NCBI GenBank assembly: GCA_043759455.1
Contig: JAYVLO010000029.1
Location: 30,298 to 94,297 of the forward strand
Origin: Pseudolysobacter sp.
GTDB lineage: Bacteria; Pseudomonadota; Gammaproteobacteria; Xanthomonadales; Rhodanobacteraceae
DNA length: 64,000 bases
Direction of reading: 5' to 3'
A program made the position numbers and the translations under genes. Shown in pieces: positions 33,053 to 43,178 of this stretch. The first letter of the stretch is position 1, and every line of letters starts with the position of its first letter. The notes beneath the pieces were generated by a model that had not been told where the DNA came from, did no database searches, and saw only the letters and a list, made by a program, of their open reading frames with translations.

Positions 33053-34388
33053 CCGGCCCACCCCTTTTCTGGCTCAGAATCGAGTGGATGGCGGCGACCG
33101 TCCGGGCGCCTTCGCTGACCGCGGACGCAACCCGCGTGGTCTTGCCGGCGCGCACGTCGCCGATCGCGAATACCCCCGGCACGGTCGTTTACAGCGGCAG
33201 CGGTGCTCGCTCGCTCGCGCACCACGAATCGCGATTCCGCACGTCACCGGTGCGCACAAAATCGTGCGCATCAAGCGCGATCAAACAATTCCTCAGCCAG
33301 TCGGTATTCGGATCGGCGCCGATGAACAGAGACAGATGCCGTGGCGGGACGGTCGACACGAGGCCGCTGTCACGATTGCGAAAACTCGCGCCTTGCAGGC
33401 CGTTGTCGGCATCGCTGCTCAGTGCGATCACCTCGGTGCGCAGATGCACCTTGACGTTCGGCAAGGCGCGAATGCGATCGACCAGATATTGCGACAGCGA
33501 TGCACCAAGATCGGAGCCGCGCACCATCAGATGCAGCGTTTTGACCTTGTCGGCGAAAAACACCACGGCCTGGCCGGCGGAGTTTCCGGCACCGACCAGC
33601 GCGACATGTTCGCCTGCGCACAAGGTCGCCTCGATCGGCGAGGCCCAGTAGGAAACGCCGGCGCCTTCGAACATCGGGAGGTTGGCAATCGCGGGGCGGC
33701 GATAATGTACACCCGAGGCGATCACCAGCGTGCGCGCCTGTGCGCTGCGATCGCCCGCGAGTTGAAAGCCGAATCCGGCATGCGGGCGCAGTACTTTTTT
33801 GCCGCAATGCAAATTTTCCGCGGCGAACGGTATCGCGATTTCCGCGCCGAATTTTGCGCCTGAGTAAACGCGCGCCGGGCCAATGCCTCGTCCTAAATGC
33901 CGGTCGGACAACCGAGAAAATTTCGATCTACGATGACGCGCCGGCCTGACCACCGAGCGCATGCGCGTCGAGCACGAGCACGGACAATCCTTCCGATGCC
34001 CACGTACACGGCAGTCGCGAGTGCGGCCGGTCCGGCGCCGACCACGGCAACGTCGTAAACATGTTCGGGATTGATTTCCTGCGTGATGCCGAGGCACGCG
34101 CCGATCTGAGTATCGCTCGGGCGCTTGAGCACCGTACCCTTCGGGCACAGTACGATCGGCCTGTCTTCGTTGCGCAGGCCAGGCCGCTCGATCAGCGCGC
34201 GGGCGTCGAATTTCGAGTTCGCCATCGAGTATGAGAAACGCCGGGGCCGCATGTTCGCCGACCGCAAAAAGCGTTTCGCCCGTGGTAAAACGTCACGGCG
34301 CGGATGATGCAAAACGCCGTGCGATAGCAATCTGCGCGGCGCTGAGAATCGGCAAAATCTGGTGACGCCGGGCTTCGCTGAGGCGCAT
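33049..34388 (-). pseudogene. Cyclic nucleotide-binding domain / thioredoxin-reductase-like FAD oxidoreductase, heavily degraded
   Basis: Fragments across frames: EARRHQILPILSAAQ..GETLFAVGE (cNMP start, mostly deleted), YDVAVVGAGPAALATAVY, GGQAGASS*IE, GVSYWASPIEATLC, VGAGNSAGQA and PGVFAIGDVRAG. Stops at 34293, 33928, 33893 and 33189 plus frameshifts. Confidence 0.8.
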
Positions 34389-34464
34389 GGGTTTTGACGG
34401 TGATTGACTCGAATTACCTTAGCCATTTTTTATCGCCACGGCGAGGTGCATCGACGATTTCGCG

Positions 34465-36618
34465 CTAGGGCGAGTCGAAGCCGTTCGCGAAAATCGAATC
34501 GCTTTCGGGCAGAACCAGCAAACTCGCGGACATCGCCGGCAGCGCGCTCAAGGTCAGGCGGTTGCCCATGATCGTGCCGCCCGGAAGTTGCGCGAGCGCG
34601 TGCAGCGGGTCGAACTGGTAAAGTTTCCAGCTGCCGGAAGTTGCCTGCTGAAAGCTCACGTTGACGTCGTGCGAAATGCTGTCCTTGTTGGTCAGCAGGA
34701 TCATCAGGCGTTGGCCGGTGAGGTTGAAGGCGTAGCTGCCGACCTGATCGATGTTCGATGAAAGCGCGTGCACGCTGTTGCCGCCGACCTTGCTGCCGGC
34801 GCCATCGTAATTGAGGAAAATCTGGAAACCGCGTTCCGCCTTGCTGTTCGCCGCGGGCGCGATCCAGCGCGCGGCCATGCTGACGCCTTCGCGTGCGAAA
34901 ATTGCCAGCAATTCGGCTTGCGCAACCGCGCCGCTGTCGGTGTCGTCCGGCCCCCAGTTGTATTCGGTTATCGCAATGCCGATGTCGGGGCACGCTGCCG
35001 GCAACCACGCGCGCACGCGCGGAATGAAATTCGGAATTGGCTTGGCAGTGCCGCCGATCCACGACTCGGAAGCCCAGGTCGGGTTGTACAGTTCCTTGAG
35101 CGAGCGCAAGCGCGTGGTTGCACCCGCAGCGGAATCGTCTTCGCCTGGATCATTCTGCGGGTAGTAGTGCAGGTCGGCCATGTCGACCAGGGTTTTGCCG
35201 CTCGCGAGTTTGTTGCTGCACACCTGCTGCAAGTACCACTGCAGGAATGGCGTGCCGCCGTGCGCATTCTGATCGGGTCCGCCGTAGCAATTTCCGAGCG
35301 CCGAATCCGCCGCCGAACTCCACACATCGCACCAGCCCCAGGTGACCGGGCCGGTGATGATCGCGTTGCCATCCTGCGCCTTGATCGCGGCGCCGTACTG
35401 TTGCGCTTTCTGCCAGATTTCGTCGTAGGTCGACGCGACCGGATGGACATCGCGATGGGTCGAATCCCACAACATCGGCTCGTTGTCGAGCGCGTAATAT
35501 TCCACGCCGCCGCTCGCCGCCGTGCCGAACGTCGCTTGCAGATGCGCGATCCATGCGGCCTCAAAAACCGGCGTCACTGCCTTCGAGGTATCGAGCGGAT
35601 CGTTGTTGACGATCTGGCCGTTGACACAGTGTCCGGTGGTGTTGCTGGCGGAATTGCACAGGCCGTTGCCGGCGTCCTGATTAGCCCAGACTTGCCCGCC
35701 ACTCTGGGTGTATTCGGTCGCATTTTGCGTGCCGTATTTGGCCACCGAATAACCCCAGCCCACCGTGGCGGCGCTGTCCGGCGTCCAGCCGATGGTCGGG
35801 ATCGTGATCAGCGGCTGCGCGCCCGCACTGTGCGCCGCGGTGACGAAAGTATCGGCGCTATCGGTCTGGGTCGAGTTGTAGTTTATATAGAAATAATCGC
35901 TCGCGGAATTATGCGAAATCGCCTGCCAGTTGTAGCGTGTGACTGAATTTCCGCCCCAGCGCTGTAGCGTGTAGCCCATCTGCTGGTTGCGCATTGCATC
36001 GCCGGCGCTGATACCGAAGATCAGCGGATTGACCGCACGCACTTCGAGACTGCTGTCCACGTTCACGCTGACTGTCGCACCGACCGCCACCGCAGTGGTG
36101 CGCTGATTGCAGACGAAGTCATCGAAATACACGGTCGGCTGGAACGCACTTGCGCTGTTGTTCGACTGCAAGGTAAATCCGTCGAAGGCGCCATAGGTGA
36201 GATGCGCCGTATTGAAATCGATCGTGGTCTGATGCCAGGTATGGGCGACGATACCGTCGCTGGTATTACTGCCGATATCGAACGATCCGACGGTGACGCC
36301 GCCGCGGGTCAAATACAGCGTGATCATCTGGCCGCTAGCGCTATCGCCATTCACCCAGAAGGTCAGATTCTGGTAATCGGAAAACGCAAACAACGAGGTC
36401 GATTTAATCCGCACCCCGCCCCCGTTTTCGGGCGTCATGCTGATCGACTTGCCGCTGCCGCCATGTACCGGACTGGGATTGCTGAAGCTGTAGCTGGCGG
36501 CCCGACTGTTGTTGTCGGCAAAGCCGTTTTGCAGCGTATTGTCATAGATCGTCAGCGACGCGGCGTGCAATGCGGCGGTCGCGAGAAAACCGAGAATCAC
36601 AAACAGGATAACGCGCAT
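34465..36618 (-). CDS. Secreted glycoside hydrolase family 44 (endoglucanase/xyloglucanase-like) with an N-terminal beta-sandwich (CBM-like) domain
   Basis: Signal peptide; RWGGNS.TRYNW, YALDNEPMLWDSTHRDVHP (acid/base Glu), ITEYNWG (nucleophile Glu) and QAELLAIFAREGV..AARW. The 717-aa ORF is intact and ends DSIFANGFDSP. Confidence 0.85.
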   Translation of the reverse strand: MRVILFVILGFLATAALHAASLTIYDNTLQNGFADNNSRAASYSFSNPSPVHGGSGKSISMTPENGGGVRIKSTSLFAFSDYQNLTFWVNGDSASGQMITLYLTRGGVTVGSFDIGSNTSDGIVAHTWHQTTIDFNTAHLTYGAFDGFTLQSNNSASAFQPTVYFDDFVCNQRTTAVAVGATVSVNVDSSLEVRAVNPLIFGISAGDAMRNQQMGYTLQRWGGNSVTRYNWQAISHNSASDYFYINYNSTQTDSADTFVTAAHSAGAQPLITIPTIGWTPDSAATVGWGYSVAKYGTQNATEYTQSGGQVWANQDAGNGLCNSASNTTGHCVNGQIVNNDPLDTSKAVTPVFEAAWIAHLQATFGTAASGGVEYYALDNEPMLWDSTHRDVHPVASTYDEIWQKAQQYGAAIKAQDGNAIITGPVTWGWCDVWSSAADSALGNCYGGPDQNAHGGTPFLQWYLQQVCSNKLASGKTLVDMADLHYYPQNDPGEDDSAAGATTRLRSLKELYNPTWASESWIGGTAKPIPNFIPRVRAWLPAACPDIGIAITEYNWGPDDTDSGAVAQAELLAIFAREGVSMAARWIAPAANSKAERGFQIFLNYDGAGSKVGGNSVHALSSNIDQVGSYAFNLTGQRLMILLTNKDSISHDVNVSFQQATSGSWKLYQFDPLHALAQLPGGTIMGNRLTLSALPAMSASLLVLPESDSIFANGFDSP

Positions 36619-36855
36619 GGCATCACTCCGCGTGGTGTTTCGCTTATCCCCCCGCGGCGGATTTTACCAGCATCACGCTAGGCATGCGCGGCCACGTTCC
36701 TTGGTTGCGCACGCATGGTGCGGTCACCGTTGTGGGCGACCAGCCATGCTGCAAAACATCGATGCTTGCGAAGTTGCGCGGGTGCCCAGCAATACGAGGC
36801 ACACGCGCTTTTTTTGCGATCAAAATTCGGCGCGATGCACTTGCCGTCTTGCGCT

Positions 36856-38362
36856 TTAGTGATGGCCTTGCGACAAACCACCGCCGCCGTCGTTGAGCAT
36901 CACGCTGACGTTCTGCATCATGCCCTGATCCTCGTGATCGAGAATGTGGCAATGCAGGACAAAATCACCGATGTAACGCTCGTAACGCGTGCGGATCACT
37001 ACGGTGTAGATGCCGTTCGGGTAGACGATCTTCGGTGGTGAAATCAGGCTCTTCACCCACAACGTGTCTTTCCACACGCCTTTGAGGCCGGCGTATTCGG
37101 GATCGACCGTGCCACCCGCGTCATCGATCGCGCCGGGAGCACTGACATCCTTGCCGTTCGGATCGAGAATCTTTACCACTTGGAATGGATTCACGTGGAT
37201 ATGAAACGGATGGCCGGCGAGGCGCGAAGTCAGCGTCCATGCTTCGGCCGTGCCAAGCATCAGCTTGCGATCGATGCGCTTGGGATCGTAACGCTGCGGA
37301 CTGCAGCGCGATCGTGTCGTGCACGCCGGCATGGATCACGCGCCAGCGTTCGACTTCGCCCGCCTTCGCGACAAACGTCGGCAATACCTGACTATTTATG
37401 CTGGTGTAACGACCCGACTGGCCCCGGCTCGACGAACCGAATAGCGAATTATTGGCCGCATCGACATAACCCTCGACGCCACCGACATCGTTCGGATCGC
37501 AAATCCATTCGACGATCTTGTCGCCGACTTTTCGTGACTTCAACACGCCCTTGTCGCGGCACGCGTACTGGATCTGCTGCAGCACCAGCAGGCGCTCGGT
37601 GAACGCGCTGCCATCGGCATTTTTCAGTAACGTATCGATATCGCCGTGACTATCTGCGGAAGGCAGGCGATCGCCGCGCACCACGAGCGCACCGACCATA
37701 CCGCTGGCCACCTGCAACGCGGTCGAGCCGTGGCGATGGGTGTGATACCAGAATGTGCCGGCCGGATGATCCGGCGGAATATTGTATTCTTACTGGAAAT
37801 CCACGCCGGGATTGATCGACAGCAGCACGTTGTCGCTGCTGCCCGACGGACTGACCCACAGCCCGTGCGCATGCAGGTTGGTGCCGTTGAAACAATGCGG
37901 TGTATTTATTGCACCGACCACCTGGTCGGGCGTGGGATCGGTCTCGTGCGCAGTGCAACTCGGATCGCGCGGCAGTTTGTTGTGCAGGCTGATGCGCATG
38001 GTATCGCCCGGATAAACCTCGATCGTCGGCGCGACGTGCGGCGCTTTCGGATCGACCGACGCGCCGGTGTAACTGCGCAAACGCACGGTGTCGTAGCGGC
38101 CGCTGGCCGGGTTGTAGATTTTGCTCTCGGTGAACTCGATATTCAGATCGAGTTGTTTTTCGCTGGCCATGCGCGGCGCGCCGAGCGGCAACGCCATCAA
38201 CGTGGTGCGCGGCGCCGTACCTTTTTTGACATCGAGCAACGGCGGATCGCTGACGATGCGCTGCTGCGCCCATGCTGATGAGATCGAAGCGGTAACCAGA
38301 GTCAGGATTGCCGCGCAATACAGCAATCCGCGAGAGTCGCGGAAATCATCGTGCGAGTTCAT
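36856..38362 (-). pseudogene. Exported multicopper oxidase with an in-frame TAA at 37790-37792 and an internal deletion/frameshift near 37300
   Basis: All four Cu motifs are present: TNLHAHG, FWYHTHRHG, HPFHIHVN and HCHILDHEDQGMM. The sequence reads GVDFQ*EYNIPPDHPAG across the stop. Confidence 0.85.
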
Positions 38363-38549
38363 TATCAGCATCATCGATGCGAGCAACAACACGGTCGCGA
38401 CGACACACACGAATTTCTGCACCAATCCATCGTGGGTGACGATCACGCCGGATGGCAGCGAGATCTGGGTGCGCTGGTCGATTTGCCCGTCGGCGCGAGC
38501 GTGAGTTTTTTGCTCAGTGAACTGCTCGCACCGCGGCCAAGAACACCGA

Positions 38550-39097
38550 TCAGCAATATCGCGACGGTGACGCTGCCGACCGGTTGCGCCAAGTGGCTCA
38601 CCCTGCGCATTACCGCTGGCGCGATGAATCCTGCAGCGGATCGCGCCACGATCATGCGTATCCATGCCGATGGCTGCACCGAACTGCATCGTCCGAAGTT
38701 CCTGCGCGCGACCGGCGGCTATCGGCTGAGTTTGCCGGCCGCCGAAATCGCCGTCTTGTGCACACAGGTATAGAGTGATGTTTTGCGCGGTTTCGACGAG
38801 CGCCAGATACGTGCCGCGATCGATACCAAACCACAGCCGCAAGGCGCGTCGCAAGTCGCGTTCAAGCCGCAATTCGCCGGCCAGCCGCAGCGTGTTGCGG
38901 TGCGCGATGGCGATCGTTATGAACTGAGCTAGAACCATGCCGGCATCTCGATCAGCGCACGCTGGGTTAGCTTGCCCGATGATGCGCAGGCCTATCCGGA
39001 CATCGCTGCGCTGCAGGTATTCGACCGCGTTTCGGCATCGCTGCGAACATTCGTCACGCGCAGCGATGCAACAAAAGTTGCGGCAGGTGTGCCATGA
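38550..39097 (+). pseudogene. Degraded hypothetical protein (start approximate)
   Basis: A single frame reads protein-like through TAGs at 38771 and 38930 (..TIMRIHADGCTELHRPKFLRATGGYRL..V*SDVL..YELS*NHAG..). Its TGA overlaps the ATG of the next gene (ATGA at 39094-39097). Confidence 0.4.
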
Positions 39098-39465
39098 ATA
39101 GCGTTTGGTGCAAGATCGCGATGATCGCCGGCGGCACGATGCTTACTGGTATCGCGCACGCTGGCAGATTCATCAACCGCGATATGGGCAATCCCGATCT
39201 GATCCTGCATCCGCTCGGCTACAACGGTCGTTATGTGGCCTTTGCATCGAGCGCTGATCAACTGGTAGGTGGCGACAGGAACGGTGTTGCCGACATCTTC
39301 GTGCGCGAGATGCAGACCGGCAATATTCGTCGTGCCAGCACAAGTACGTTCGGCCTGCAGGCGCGTAGCGCGAGCGCCGATTCGGCGATCAGTGCGAATG
39401 GGCGTTACGTCGCTTTTACATCGCTTGCCGGCAATCTCGTCGAAGGCGATACGAATCAGGTGTGC
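39094..39465 (+). pseudogene. Truncated secreted TolB/PD40-like beta-propeller protein
   Basis: Signal peptide followed by two blades, NGRYVAFASSADQLVGGDRNGVADIFVRE and SANGRYVAFTSLAGNLVEGDTN, then an abrupt end. Confidence 0.7.
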
Positions 39466-40060
39466 GACCGGATTGATCCATGAAGTAGGGCGCTGGGCTT
39501 TGCGTCAAGCCACGGATGACTTCTTGCGCTGGCGTGGCAAAGGCTTGGTGGCCGTACGCATCGCGGTAAATGTCTCGCCATCGCAATTGCGTCATCGCAG
39601 TTTCATCGACGAAATCAAACAGATGATAAGTCTCGATGAACAGGCGTCCAATGGCCTGGAGCTGAAAATTGCCGAAAGTGTGATCATGGCACACGTCAAG
39701 CTCAGCATATCGAGCCTGCTTGCGATACGCGCGATGGGGATTCGCATTGCTATTGACGACTTCGGCACCGGTTTCTCGTTGCTCGGTTATCTGTCCAAGT
39801 TCCCCGTGGACACCTTGAAGATCGACCGCTCGTTTGTAAACGATATGACGGTCACCCCGGAAGGACTCGCGTTGGTGTCCACCATCATCAATCTGGCGCA
39901 CTCGTTGAAGCGCAAGGTGGTGGCGGAAGGTGTCGAAACCGAAGAACAATCACGCCTGTTGCGGTTGCTTGGCTGCGATAAAATGCAGGGTTATCTGTTC
40001 AGCAAGCCCAAACCCGTGACCGTCTTCGGAGCAAAAGTTTTGCTCGCAACTGCGCGCTGA
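39466..40060 (+). pseudogene. C-terminal fragment of an EAL c-di-GMP phosphodiesterase domain
   Basis: GLIHEVGRW.L, IAVNVSP.QL, IAIDDFGTGFS, LKIDRSFV, VVAEGVET and QGYLFSKP are present. The ExL motif and start are absent, and conserved ELEI.E reads ELKIAE. Confidence 0.8.
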
Positions 40061-40078
40061 TAACAAGCCACCACCATG

Positions 40079-40148
40079 CTTTGCACAACTTATCCACAGC
40101 TTGGACACAGACTTTTCCCATGTCATGAGACGCCGCGGTGCGTATGAT
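40079..40148 (+). promoter_or_regulatory. DnaA-box array and putative sigma70 promoter of dnaB
   Basis: Perfect TTATCCACA at 40090, with degenerate CTTTGCACA (40079), TTGGACACA (40101) and CTTTTCCCA (40112) at an 11-bp period. ATGTCA-17bp-TATGAT at 40120-40148. Confidence 0.6.
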
Positions 40149-40183
40149 GGCGCGCTCCCCGCCGCAGTTAGTCCGGATCGTCC

Positions 40184-41578
40184 ATGGCCGCGTTTTCTGA
40201 TCGTATTCCCAGCAACAATCCGCGCATCGAATCGCTGCGCGTGCCGCCGCATTCGGTCGATGCCGAACAGGCCGTACTCGGCGGGCTGATGCTCGCGCGC
40301 GAGGCGTGGGACAAGGTCGCCGATCGCATCACCGACGAGGATTTTTATCGCAAGGATCACCGCCTGATTTTTCGCGGCATCGGCGAGCTCTCGAACAAGG
40401 GCATGCCGTGCGATGCGGTCACGCTCGGCGAGTGGTTCGAGACGCAGGGCATCGCCGAACTGGTCGGCGGTTCGGGCTACATCATCCAGCTTGCGAACAC
40501 GACACCGAGTGCGGCGAACATCGTCGCGTATGCCGACATCGTGCGCGAGAAATCGGTGCTGCGCCAGCTGATCGATGCCGGCACTGAAATCGCGACGGAC
40601 GGTTTCCAGCCGGAGGGTCGCTCGACCCAGGAAATTCTCGAAAGCGCCGAGCAGCGTGTGTTTCGTATCGCCGAAGCCGGTTCGCGCGGCAAGCAGGGTT
40701 TTGTCTCAATGCGCGGTGCGGTCACGGATGCGTTCAAGATTCTGCAGGCGCGTTACGAAAACCAGGGCAGCATCACGGGCATGCCGACCGGCTTCACCGA
40801 TTTCGACGAGATGACCACCGGGCTGCAGCCGTCCGACCTGATCATCGTCGCGGCGCGTCCGTCGATGGGCAAGACCGCGCTGGCGATGAACATGGCCGAA
40901 TACGCCGCGCTGAAAACCAAAAAAGCGGTGGCGATTTTCTCGATGGAAATGTCCGCCTCGCAGCTCGCGTTGCGTCTGATTTCATCGCTCGGTCGCATCA
41001 ACCAGCAGCACCTGCGCACCGGCGATATCCAGGAAGAGGAATGGCCGCGCGTGACTTCTGCGATCACCTTGCTTTCCGAGGCGAAAATTTTCATCGACGA
41101 TACGCCGGCGCTGTCGCCGATCGAGTTGCGTGCGCGTGCACGGCGTCTCGCGCGCGAGCACGATCTCGGCATGATCGTGATCGATTACCTGCAGCTCATG
41201 CAGGTGCCCGGAAACAAGGAGAATCGCGCCACGGAAATTTCAGAAATCTCGCGTGGAATGAAGGCCCTCGCCAAGGAGCTCAACGTGCCCGTCGTCGCCC
41301 TCTCCCAGCTCAACCGTTCGCTCGAACAACGCGCCGACAAGCGCCCGATGATGTCCGACTTGCGCGAATCCGGCGCGATCGAGCAGGACGCCGACGTGAT
41401 CGTTTTCATCTATCGCGACGAGTATTACAACAAGGATTCGGCCGAAAAAGGCGTGGCCGAAATCATCATCGGCAAACAGCGTAACGGCCCGACCGGCTCG
41501 GTCAAACTGACCTTCCTCGGCCAATATACAAAGTTCGAAAACTACGCCAGCGATTCGTACGCCGGCAGCTTTGAGTAA
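40184..41578 (+). CDS. dnaB: Replicative DNA helicase DnaB
   Basis: PPHS.DAEQAVLGGL, AARPSMGKT, IVIDYLQLM, LSQLNR and SDLRESGAIEQDAD motifs. Confidence 0.97.
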   Translation: MAAFSDRIPSNNPRIESLRVPPHSVDAEQAVLGGLMLAREAWDKVADRITDEDFYRKDHRLIFRGIGELSNKGMPCDAVTLGEWFETQGIAELVGGSGYIIQLANTTPSAANIVAYADIVREKSVLRQLIDAGTEIATDGFQPEGRSTQEILESAEQRVFRIAEAGSRGKQGFVSMRGAVTDAFKILQARYENQGSITGMPTGFTDFDEMTTGLQPSDLIIVAARPSMGKTALAMNMAEYAALKTKKAVAIFSMEMSASQLALRLISSLGRINQQHLRTGDIQEEEWPRVTSAITLLSEAKIFIDDTPALSPIELRARARRLAREHDLGMIVIDYLQLMQVPGNKENRATEISEISRGMKALAKELNVPVVALSQLNRSLEQRADKRPMMSDLRESGAIEQDADVIVFIYRDEYYNKDSAEKGVAEIIIGKQRNGPTGSVKLTFLGQYTKFENYASDSYAGSFE

Positions 41579-41584
41579 GCGCGC

Positions 41585-42667
41585 GTGAGCCGTGCGGCGT
41601 TCGCCACGATTCACCTCGCCAGCCTTAAACACAACCTGCGGCGCGTGCGTGAAATCGGCGGCGGCGGCAAGCTCATGGCGGTGGTCAAGGCCGACGGTTA
41701 CGGCCACGGACTGGAACGTGTTGCACGCGCACTGGCGAGTGCGGATGCGTTCGGCGTTGCCGCGATTGCCGATGGATTGCGTCTGCGTGCGGCGGGGTTT
41801 CGCCAGCGTATCGTCGTACTTTCCGGACCCGATGAAGCCGCTGATCTGGCCGAACTGCGCCGGCTCGATCTCGACGCGGTGATCCATCACGACAGCCAGG
41901 TTGCGTGGCTCGAAGCCGATCGTGATGCGCGCCCGATTCGCGTCTGGCTGAAGATCGACAGCGGTATGCATCGGCTCGGTTTCGCACCGCAACGTGCTGC
42001 CGAGATGTACCAGCGATTGCGGGCGTTGCCGTCGATCCGCACCGACATCACCTTGATGACACACTTCGCCGCATCGGATAAATTCGACCAGCTACTCACT
42101 GCCGCACAGATTGGCGTTTTCGGTGCGGCAGTGAGCGATCTTGCGGGCGAACATTCGCTCGCCAATTCTGCCGCGGTACTCGGCTGGCCCGCCGCACGCG
42201 GACAGTGGCTGCGCAGCGGTGGCCTGTTGTACGGGTTGTCGGTGGTCGATGGAAAAACCGGCGCGGATTTTGGTTTCCAACCGGCGATGACCTTGTCCAG
42301 CAAACTGATCGCCGTGAACGATGTACGCAAGGGCGAGCACGTTGGCTACGCGGCAACGTGGCAATGCCCCGAAGATATGCGCATCGGCGTCGCCGCGATT
42401 GGCTACGGCGACGGTTATCCGCGTAGCGCCGCATCCGGCACGCCCGTTCTGGTCAACGGTCAGCGCGCCGCACTGGTCGGACGAGTTTCGATGGATCTGA
42501 TCACAATCGATTTGCGCAACGTACCGAACGCGCAAGTTGGTCATGCCGTGGTGTTGTGGGGTCGAGATTTGCCGGTCGAGGAAATCGCTACACACGCCGG
42601 CACGATTCCCTACGATCTCACCTGCGGCATGACCAAGCGCGTTTTGTTTGTCGAGGATGAATCGTGA
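41585..42667 (+). CDS. alr: Alanine racemase
   Basis: AVVKADGYGHG (PLP lysine), KIDSGMHRLG, IGYGDGYPR and GRVSMD motifs. Confidence 0.96.
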   Translation: MSRAAFATIHLASLKHNLRRVREIGGGGKLMAVVKADGYGHGLERVARALASADAFGVAAIADGLRLRAAGFRQRIVVLSGPDEAADLAELRRLDLDAVIHHDSQVAWLEADRDARPIRVWLKIDSGMHRLGFAPQRAAEMYQRLRALPSIRTDITLMTHFAASDKFDQLLTAAQIGVFGAAVSDLAGEHSLANSAAVLGWPAARGQWLRSGGLLYGLSVVDGKTGADFGFQPAMTLSSKLIAVNDVRKGEHVGYAATWQCPEDMRIGVAAIGYGDGYPRSAASGTPVLVNGQRAALVGRVSMDLITIDLRNVPNAQVGHAVVLWGRDLPVEEIATHAGTIPYDLTCGMTKRVLFVEDES

Positions 42668-43178
42668 GCACTCCTTGGCAGAGGTGCCGGCGGTGGTTAT
42701 GCACCGCGAACCAATCCCGATCGAGATGTTCGAATTTACACCGTGTGCAAACTGCCGGGATGGTTTCAAAGTTAAACACTCCCGACACCATGAAATTGAT
42801 GGCATCGACTTCATCCACCTGCCGCCAACCATCCGACAAAAGATCTACGTCGAAAAGCACTCAAAGCTTTCGGTAGGTCCAATCAATGTCCTTGTCCGGC
42901 CCAGCCACCTTTCTGGCATGGACGTGAATACCGCGATCCATCGGACGAGACGTCGTATCGTAGACCGCTGGCACGGAACCCCAGAGTGCCACTCTGCCCG
43001 GATAGTCGCGCCAATCCAGATTCAAGCACTGCTCTGGAGGAATTTCGGCATCATGGGCCGCCACACAGTAGGGAGCGGCAACGCCGTATTTCGCAGTGGC
43101 ATTCGCTTTATGCGCCAGGCACCAATACCTGTTGCCGCCGTCGCGGCGCCGCCCAACATTCACAATTTCGCAGGTCAT
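42668..43178 (-). pseudogene. Cys/His-rich hypothetical protein with an in-frame TGA at 42861-42863, 3'-truncated against alr
   Basis: MTCEIVNVGRRRDGGNRYWCLAH...GIHVHAR...YRKL*VLF...CTRCKFEHLDRDWFAVHNHRRHLCQG, which then runs into the alr 3' end. Confidence 0.6.

Noticed and set aside
40079-40120. Replication origin (oriC) at the DnaA-box cluster
   Set aside because: Only one perfect box, no AT-rich unwinding element, and no dnaA/dnaN/gidA context; a regulated promoter is the better explanation.
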